64,000 nt of DNA from an uncultured Caenibius sp. (GTDB lineage Bacteria > Pseudomonadota > Alphaproteobacteria > Sphingomonadales > Sphingomonadaceae), in contig CAYXTO010000013.1 of the NCBI GenBank assembly GCA_964468045.1, positions 21,392-85,391 on the forward strand. Direction: 5' to 3'. The notes below the pieces were generated by a model. That model saw nothing but the letters and a program-made list of their open reading frames with translations. It was not told the origin of the DNA and made no database searches. Every line of letters starts with the position of its first letter. The stretch's first letter is position 1. The position numbers and the translations under genes are program-made. Positions 58,070 through 64,000 of this stretch are shown one piece after another.

Positions 58070-60529
58070 TCAGTTGAACTTGAAGCCGAAGGTCACGCCA
58101 TAGGTGGCCGGCATGCCCGCGAAGCGAGCGGCCGAGTCAGCCGAGGAGATCACGTTGGTCCAGTAGTAGGTGTTGAAGATGTTCTTGCCCCAGACCATGA
58201 CCTTCCAGGCGCCTTCCGGAGCCTCGTAGCCCAGGCGGGCGTCAACCGTGGTCCAGCCCTTGAGAGCGAACGGGTTGGTCACGCCAGCCGGCAGGAAGCA
58301 GACCGGATCGCCGGAGGTATCGACCTGGCAACCCTCTAGATACCTCATCCTGCGAGCACCCGGCTGCGAGTCGGACTTGGTCCGCGCGCTGAGGGTGACA
58401 CCGAAGAACGGCGAACCGCCATTTTCGAGTTCCTTGCGGTAATCGAGGTTGACCGTGCCCGACCATTCCGGCGTGAACGGCAGGTCATCACCTGCGAAGT
58501 CGTCCGCAACACCCAGCACGTTGTAGTTGTACGGAGCCGCCGGGCTCTCCTTGATCTTGGAGTTCAGGTAGGTCACCGCGCCGCTCAGGGTCAGACCATC
58601 GGTCGGACGAACGGTCAGTTCGGCTTCCGCACCCCAGATGCGGGACTTGGGAATGTTGACCAGGGTTTCCAGGCCACCGAAGATCGCGTCAAGCAAGCGA
58701 CCACGGATCTGCTTGTCCTTGTAGTCCATGTAGAAGCCGGCCGCATTGAACTGGACCGCACGGTTGGCCAGCGAAGCCTTGAAACCGCCTTCAAAGGCCG
58801 TCACCGATTCCTGCGTCACCGGCTCGAGCGCAACGAACAAAGCTGCCGCCAAGGTCGGGAAGGAACCTGCCTTGTAGCCACGTGACACGTTGGCATAGAC
58901 CAGCACGTCCGGATTGACCTTGTAGTCAACGCCGACACGCCAGGAGACATTGTCTTCCTTCAAATTGCCACGGAACACTTCACCCGGCACGCCATCATAG
59001 TTGAGCGTGTAGCAGCCTTCCGGTGGGATCGGCGTGAACGGGTTACCGCTGATACCGCCCAGCACGTTGAAGAACTTGTTCACGTTGCCGTTGGGGGAAG
59101 TGTAGGAACACATCGCGTTCTTGTTCGAAGTGTCGGTGTAACGCGCAGCGGCTTTCAAGGTCAGCTGCTCGGTCACGTCGAATTCGAGGTTACCGAACAC
59201 GGCGATGTTCTCGATCTTCTGGAGATTCCGCGCGCCCGAATAGTTGATGTAGAACAGGCTGGAATCGTGGCTGGTGTTGTCGAAATAACGCAGGCCCTGA
59301 TCGTCCAGGGTCTTGCTCTTTTCGTAGTTGGCGCCAAGCAGCCAGCGGATCTGCGAAACCGGATCATTGGCCAGGCGGAGTTCCTGGTTGAAGGTCTTGA
59401 TGAAACCGTCGTTCTTCTCAAGATCGTAGGTGACATAGGCCATGCCGTCGCCATCCACGCCCTGGTTCTGCTTGTAATGCGCGTAGGAGGTCAGCGAGGT
59501 CAGGGTCAGCGAACCGAGCTCGATATCGGCCCGCATCGCCGCCTGCCACATCCGGCGATTGGAATAGGGGTCAAGATTGGTCTGGCCCCACTTCGCACGC
59601 TCGACCGGATCCAGCTGGCCCGCGTAACCTACATCGTTGGACGCCACGGTGCCCGGATCGGAAACGAGCGTCGACCAATCGGCGATACGCGGATTGCCGA
59701 ACGACCACAGCGCGCCCGGATTGCGATAGAAATCATGCAGGATTTCGCGTTCCGCGCTCCAGTTCTGGACGCGGATACCGACCAGCTGCTGCGCCTGCGG
59801 CTGCGACTTGTCGCGCCAGGCGTTGACGTTGAACGACAGCTTGACGGTTTCGCTGGCATCCACATCGAGCAGCATGCGGCCGGCGACATAGGACTGGCCG
59901 CCGTTGGTGTCGCGGCGAGTCGCGCTGTACTGCCAATCGTCGCCGTTCAGGCCGGTCACGGCCACACGGCCACGCACGCCTTCGGCCAGCGGGCCGCTGA
60001 TGAAGGCATTGCCTTCGATCGTGTTGAAGCGGCCGTAGCTGATGTCACCGCCGGCCTCGAAGGTTTCGGTCGGCTTGTTGGCGATGTAGTTGATCGCGCC
60101 GCCGGTGGAGTTCTGGCCGAACAGGGTGCCCTGCGGACCCTTCAGCGCTTCGATGCGCTGCAGGTCGTAAGCGGCGTGCGAGGCAAGCGCCGGGAACGGC
60201 ATCGGGATCTGGTCGAGATAGACGGAAACGGCCGGATAGACGCCCAGCGAGCTTTCGTTGAAGCCGACGCCACGCAGCGTCAGGATCGGCGTACCGGTGT
60301 TCGACGGCGCGAAGGCGAGGCCCGGAACCACCGAAGCAACGTCGGAAAGCGACGTCAGCTTGCGTTCCTGCAGAGCCGCACCGGAAATGGCGGTGATGGT
60401 CAGACCGACGTCGTTGAGGTTTTCCTCACGCTTGTTGGCCGTAACGACGATTTCGCCTGCATCCTGGGCGATAGCTACGCCAGGCACCATGATCATGGCA
60501 GTTGCGAGTAGATAATTGCGGAAATGCAT
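58070..60529 (-). CDS. TonB-dependent outer-membrane receptor
   Basis: Start at MHFRNYLLATAMIMVPGVAIAQ (signal peptide) with GGGAGGA upstream. Plug domain IVVTANKREENLNDV...RIEALKGPQGTLFGQNSTGGAINY. Long beta-barrel ending in an aromatic-rich YGVTFGFKFN. Confidence 0.92.
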   Translation of the reverse strand: MHFRNYLLATAMIMVPGVAIAQDAGEIVVTANKREENLNDVGLTITAISGAALQERKLTSLSDVASVVPGLAFAPSNTGTPILTLRGVGFNESSLGVYPAVSVYLDQIPMPFPALASHAAYDLQRIEALKGPQGTLFGQNSTGGAINYIANKPTETFEAGGDISYGRFNTIEGNAFISGPLAEGVRGRVAVTGLNGDDWQYSATRRDTNGGQSYVAGRMLLDVDASETVKLSFNVNAWRDKSQPQAQQLVGIRVQNWSAEREILHDFYRNPGALWSFGNPRIADWSTLVSDPGTVASNDVGYAGQLDPVERAKWGQTNLDPYSNRRMWQAAMRADIELGSLTLTSLTSYAHYKQNQGVDGDGMAYVTYDLEKNDGFIKTFNQELRLANDPVSQIRWLLGANYEKSKTLDDQGLRYFDNTSHDSSLFYINYSGARNLQKIENIAVFGNLEFDVTEQLTLKAAARYTDTSNKNAMCSYTSPNGNVNKFFNVLGGISGNPFTPIPPEGCYTLNYDGVPGEVFRGNLKEDNVSWRVGVDYKVNPDVLVYANVSRGYKAGSFPTLAAALFVALEPVTQESVTAFEGGFKASLANRAVQFNAAGFYMDYKDKQIRGRLLDAIFGGLETLVNIPKSRIWGAEAELTVRPTDGLTLSGAVTYLNSKIKESPAAPYNYNVLGVADDFAGDDLPFTPEWSGTVNLDYRKELENGGSPFFGVTLSARTKSDSQPGARRMRYLEGCQVDTSGDPVCFLPAGVTNPFALKGWTTVDARLGYEAPEGAWKVMVWGKNIFNTYYWTNVISSADSAARFAGMPATYGVTFGFKFN

Positions 60530-60734
60530 CAAGTTCCTCCCTGAAGCGAACTCCGACATGAGTTCGGCTTTTCCAGAGAGCGGCTCGTAATTTCGGACGA
60601 CGGATTGTCAACGTATTCCCGACAATGTTTCAGGAAAATACTCCAACGTGTTGCAAAAAAGGCGCAGCCGCTTTTCTACGGTGATCCTCGGGTCTGGAGT
60701 GTGATTTCCCCGCCGTGCCGTTCAAAGCAAACCA

Positions 60735-60761
60735 GGCCGGCAACGCCACGCGCTGCCGGCC
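60735..60761 (-). terminator. Candidate terminator after the DDN-like gene
   Basis: GGCCGGCA (60735-60742), 11-nt loop, TGCCGGCC (60754-60761). On the minus strand it is followed by TGGTTTGCTTTG. Confidence 0.45.
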
Positions 60762-60785
60762 CGATCCCAATTATGGCAAGGCTGG

Positions 60786-61304
60786 TTAGAGAGTGACGCC
60801 TTCGGGCAGGTCGAGCGCGACCACCGGGATCTCCCGCTGGCAACGAGTCTGATATTCAGCCTGGGCCGGCTGCTCCTTGGTGATGAAATCCCAATAGGCC
60901 TTGCGCGCTTCGCCGGTGATCACGCGCGCGGTGGCTTCGGAGCCGTTGGCGCCGACCTGGATGCGGCACTGCGGGTTCGCCTGCAGGTTGAGGAACCATA
61001 CCGGCGGCTCTTCCGTGCCGCCGCGCGAGGCGACGATCAGGATATCGCCATTGAAGCGATAATATTGCAGCGCCGTGTTGCGCCATTCCCCGCTCTTGCG
61101 GCCGAGATGGTGCAGCAGCAGGCAGGAAACCGGGCCGCCCGGCGTGCCGATCGCGATCGGATCCCAGTAATGCGCCGCCTCCGGATCGGTGAGATATTGC
61201 TGCCGGTGCTTTTCCAGCTCTTCCTTCACCAGGTCCGGGAGAGCCTTGAACTCATCCTTCGCAAAATTTGCTGCGCGAACCTCATCCATCTTTCCAGACG
61301 ACAT
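60786..61304 (-). CDS. Deazaflavin-dependent nitroreductase (DDN / DUF385, split beta-barrel FDOR-A) family protein
   Basis: LLLHHLGRKSGEWRNTALQYYRFNGDILIVASRGGTEEPPVWFLNLQANPQCRIQVG matches the G-R-K-S-G...R...P-L...V-A-S-x-G-G...P-x-W-x-x-N-L-x-A-N-P pattern of the family. Confidence 0.8.
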   Translation of the reverse strand: MSSGKMDEVRAANFAKDEFKALPDLVKEELEKHRQQYLTDPEAAHYWDPIAIGTPGGPVSCLLLHHLGRKSGEWRNTALQYYRFNGDILIVASRGGTEEPPVWFLNLQANPQCRIQVGANGSEATARVITGEARKAYWDFITKEQPAQAEYQTRCQREIPVVALDLPEGVTL

Positions 61305-61494
61305 CTCTCTACTCTCCCGATTTCGCTACGAAGAGCGAGGTAAACCGGCAGGGCCTGTCATTGTCAATCGATTCTCCTTCGGCTTTTGGAGATTCGCGCT
61401 GCCCCCTTGGCTTGCCGGGCGACAGGCTATAGGCGGGTGTTCCGCAAAACCATGGGCCATCAGCAGGCCGGACCACATCCAACTGGACGAGGAT

Positions 61495-62691
61495 ATGCCG
61501 ACAGACATTCGCAGCAACCCAGACAAGGCCTGGATCGAAGCCGTTCGCGAGCGGTATGAGGTCGAACGGACGGTGGACCTCGCCCTCACCCGCAAGCTGG
61601 AGCGGCGCGGCGCGCAGACTTTCAGCATCGCCCAGCTCGATGAATTGACCCAGCGGCTGGAAGCCTTCCTGGCGAAGCGGCTCGAAGGACCTTTCGCGAT
61701 TCGCAACCTGCGCGCGCTGACGGGGGGCAATTCCAAGGAGCAGTTCTCCTTCGAGCTCGACTGGAATTGCAATGGCGAGGCCCGCAAGGGCGAAAAGATG
61801 GTGCTCCGCCGCGAGCAGGCCGAATCCATCGTGGAGGCCGACAAGCTGAGGGAATTCCAGCTGGTCAGGGTGGCCGCATCGATGATGCCGGTTCCTACCG
61901 CCTACTGGCTGGACGAAAGCGGGGATGAGCTGGGCCGCCCCGCGCTGATCTACAGCTTCGTGACCGGAGTGCAGAAGCCGACCAAGTCAACCAGCAAGGT
62001 CACTGGAATCGGGATCAATTTCGATGCCGATTACCGCGCCGCGCTCGGGCCGCAATTCATCGATTACCTCGCGCGGATCCATAATTTCGAGCCTGCCGGG
62101 CACGACCTGTCCGCCTTCGATATGCCGCAGGTCGGCACCACTCAGGATGTGGACTGGCAGATCAACTGGTGGGCCAGGGCCTGGTTCGAGGACCGGCTGG
62201 AAGAGGTCCCGCTCATGACTATGGCCGAGCGGTGGCTCCGGGCCAACCGCAAGCCCCTCGATCATGTGTCGCTGATCCACGGCGATTTCCGCACCGGCAA
62301 CTTCCTGTTCGACGAGGATACGCTCAAGATCACGGCGATACTCGATTGGGAAACCGGATATTTCGGCGATCGCCATGGCGATCTAGCGTGGGTCCTCAAT
62401 CCGGTCTTCATCACCCCATCCGAAACCGGCGAGCCGCTGTACACTTCGCTCTTCGCACGCGACAAGTTCCTGCGTGATTACGAGAAGGCGAGCGGCCTCA
62501 CGGTGGATGAGGAACGGCTGACCTATTATAATATATTCGCTTATTGGCGTTCGGTCGTGCTCACCCTGGGCGCCGGCCCGCGCGCGGCGGGGGCGCTCAA
62601 GACTCATCAGGACGTCGTGCTGAGCTGGTTCGCGGGGATTTCCTATCCTCTCATCGAGGCACTGCGCCGGGAACTGGACAAGGTCGTCTGA
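61495..62691 (+). CDS. APH-fold phosphotransferase, paralog of 55804-56997
   Basis: Start moved to MPTDIRSNPDK (ATG 61495). TGGNSKEQFSFEL, LIHGDFRTGNFLFDE, ILDWETGYFGDRHGDLAW align block for block with the other kinase. Confidence 0.85.
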   Translation: MPTDIRSNPDKAWIEAVRERYEVERTVDLALTRKLERRGAQTFSIAQLDELTQRLEAFLAKRLEGPFAIRNLRALTGGNSKEQFSFELDWNCNGEARKGEKMVLRREQAESIVEADKLREFQLVRVAASMMPVPTAYWLDESGDELGRPALIYSFVTGVQKPTKSTSKVTGIGINFDADYRAALGPQFIDYLARIHNFEPAGHDLSAFDMPQVGTTQDVDWQINWWARAWFEDRLEEVPLMTMAERWLRANRKPLDHVSLIHGDFRTGNFLFDEDTLKITAILDWETGYFGDRHGDLAWVLNPVFITPSETGEPLYTSLFARDKFLRDYEKASGLTVDEERLTYYNIFAYWRSVVLTLGAGPRAAGALKTHQDVVLSWFAGISYPLIEALRRELDKVV

Positions 62692-62704
62692 TCGGCAGTC
62701 CAGC

Positions 62705-63223
62705 ATGACAAGCCCGACACCGGACGGCTTCGTCCGCTTCGACAATCTGGCAGGCAATGCCTACATGGAAATGGTCGGCCCGCTGTTCATGCGGGTCGAT
62801 TCCGAACGCGGCCCCTTGTTCGGCTTCCGGGTCGAGCAGCGTCACTGCAACGCCATCGGCATCTGCCATGGCGGAATGATCGCCACCTTCGCCGATATCT
62901 ACCTGCCGACCCAATTGCGGTTCGATCCGGAATTCGACGACGGCTATACGCCCACGATATCCCTGACGCTCGATTTTCTGGGCATGGCCAGGGTCGGCGC
63001 ATGGGTCGAGGGAAGCGGGCGCCTGCTCAGAAGAACCGGCCGGATAATCTTCACCGAGGGCCTTGTCACCGCCGATGGCGAACCGGTCCTGCGGGCGAGC
63101 GGAACGTTCCGGAAAGGCAAGCCGGGCGAGCGGGTCGATACCAACGAGCATCTGCAATCACTGGCGGGGACGTGGCCGACTCCGCCGCTTTCCGGCCCGG
63201 GGCCTTCAGTGCGCCGCCAGTGA
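62705..63223 (+). CDS. PaaI-type hot-dog thioesterase, paralog of 20676-21104
   Basis: HCNAIGICHGGMIATFADI and TPTISLTLDFLGMARVGAWVEGSG align with the other thioesterase. The low-complexity C-terminal tail overlaps the convergent MFS gene by 18 nt. Confidence 0.8.
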   Translation: MTSPTPDGFVRFDNLAGNAYMEMVGPLFMRVDSERGPLFGFRVEQRHCNAIGICHGGMIATFADIYLPTQLRFDPEFDDGYTPTISLTLDFLGMARVGAWVEGSGRLLRRTGRIIFTEGLVTADGEPVLRASGTFRKGKPGERVDTNEHLQSLAGTWPTPPLSGPGPSVRRQ

Positions 63224-64000
63224 AGTATCGCCCGCGGCCAACGCCCGCTCCGTCACCGTAGCCTCGCCTTCCGGCAGGATGATGGCGAGCCGCCACAGCA
63301 GCAGCAGCAAGGGCGGCATGACTAGGAAAAGCGAGAGCATCGCCATCTGCAGATTGCCGGTGATGTCGCTGATCACCCCCACCATGTAGGGCCCGAGACC
63401 GAGGCCAACGAGGCTGCTGGCCAGGGTCTGCACGGCGAACCCCGCCCCCCGCAGACGGGGAATGACCAGGTCCTGCGCGCTGGCGATCATGATCGGCGAC
63501 CAGACCGTCAGCAGCATCAGCGAAAAGAAGTTCAGCACGAAGAACTGCATGACGCTGGTGGTGGTATATTGGACGATCGTGACGGCGGAGAAGCCGATCA
63601 TGCAAAGGATCAGGAAATATATGCGCCCCGCGGGATGGCGCAGCTTGACCCAATCCCCGATCCATCCGCCAAGGAATGTGCCGAGACCGCCGCCAAAGAC
63701 GGCTATCAGGCCGAGCGCGAGGCCATCTTCCGGCCCGAGCCCGAGATAGCGATTGCCATATACATAGACGAAGGCGCCGGTGGCGTAGGTATAGATTCCC
63801 AGCAGGCCGCAGCAGAGCGCGAGCAGGCGGTAAGTCTTCCCGCCCAGGGTGAGCGCATGGGTGACCGGATCGCGCAGCCTCACCGACTGGCCCCAGCTGA
63901 ATGCCGCATAGGAGCCGATGCCGATGGCGAGCCACTGAACCAGATTGCTCGTCACGGTGAAGCCGGCAATGGTTCCGATCACGGCGCGCCGCTCTGGCGG
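63206..64000 (-). CDS. MFS-type transporter, C-terminal part (5' end beyond the window)
   Basis: Continuous hydrophobic helices (GLGTFLGGWIGDW, FFVLNFFSLMLLTVWSPIMIA, GLGLGPYMVGVISD). The reading frame stays open to the window edge. Confidence 0.75.
   Translation of the reverse strand, partial: PPERRAVIGTIAGFTVTSNLVQWLAIGIGSYAAFSWGQSVRLRDPVTHALTLGGKTYRLLALCCGLLGIYTYATGAFVYVYGNRYLGLGPEDGLALGLIAVFGGGLGTFLGGWIGDWVKLRHPAGRIYFLILCMIGFSAVTIVQYTTTSVMQFFVLNFFSLMLLTVWSPIMIASAQDLVIPRLRGAGFAVQTLASSLVGLGLGPYMVGVISDITGNLQMAMLSLFLVMPPLLLLLWRLAIILPEGEATVTERALAAGDTSLAAH

Noticed and set aside
63206-63223. The 18-nt convergent overlap between the thioesterase 3' end and the MFS 3' end, considered as a sign of a frameshift or mis-assembly.
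   Set aside because: The thioesterase tail is a low-complexity Pro/Gly-rich extension beyond the hot-dog core. Small convergent overlaps are common, and there is no other evidence of disruption.
1-64000. Search by eye for tRNA/rRNA genes, IS elements, transposases, integrases, phage genes, CRISPR arrays, toxin-antitoxin or defence systems.
   Set aside because: No ORF translation shows DDE/tyrosine-recombinase, Cas or toxin motifs. The intergenic regions are all short (317 nt or less) and contain no cloverleaf-like or spaced-repeat structures. The window appears purely metabolic.

Overview
Visibly GC-rich segment with third codon positions almost always G/C. It looks alphaproteobacterial, possibly sphingomonad-like, but that is inference only. 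A truncated ftsH sits at the left edge and a truncated MFS transporter at the right edge. Everything between them is one dense catabolic super-cluster. I call 61 CDS. I found no rRNA/tRNA genes, IS elements, integrases, phage genes or CRISPR arrays.

Genes sit in long co-directional blocks with many 4-nt ATGA start/stop overlaps:
- (i) 1085-7192 (+): three membrane proteins, an unnamed family copy, ADH, crotonase, acyl-CoA synthetase.
- (ii) 17184-7244 (-): thiolase-fold/DUF35, MaoC, CitE lyase, ACAD, MFE-2-like SDR plus hydratase, NMO-family reductase, desaturase-reductase fusion.
- (iii) 17322-25415 (+): SDR, ACAD, MarR, BadH-like SDR, thioesterase, BadI/MenB-like crotonase, CoA-transferase, BKACE, long crotonase.
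- (iv) 25441-30415: ester/lactone hydrolases, enone-reductase-like MDR, SDR, TetR.
- (v) 30601-35248 (+): SnoaL, acyl-CoA synthetase, LLM oxygenase, second unnamed-family copy.
- (vi) 49601-35367 (-): 13 genes from a crotonase, through two degenerate thiolase-fold genes, a tandem DUF35, an MBL hydrolase and an ACAD pair, to a split biotin carboxylase.
- (vii) 49741-52625 (+): PQQ dehydrogenase plus DAD-like cupin.
- (viii) 60529-52701 (-): TonB-dependent receptor, third unnamed-family copy, APH-fold kinase, coupled small ORF, tandem EthD, type I BVMO.
- (ix) 60786-63223: DDN-like protein, second APH-fold kinase, thioesterase.

The most interesting candidates for undescribed biology:
- The receptor-kinase-BVMO operon, possibly a 4-hydroxyacyl-CoA phospho-elimination route fed by lactone opening.
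- The three-component biotin carboxylase. Its carboxyltransferase is OadA/PycB-like but appears to lack two canonical metal-site residues, and it sits at the end of a beta-oxidation operon.
- The thrice-repeated unnamed protein family.
- Two non-canonical thiolase-fold/DUF35 systems.
- A self-sufficient membrane desaturase-reductase fusion.

All functional calls rest on motif recognition by eye in the supplied translations. No database search, alignment statistic or structure prediction was run. Start codons were chosen from RBS and overlap logic and may be off by a few codons.
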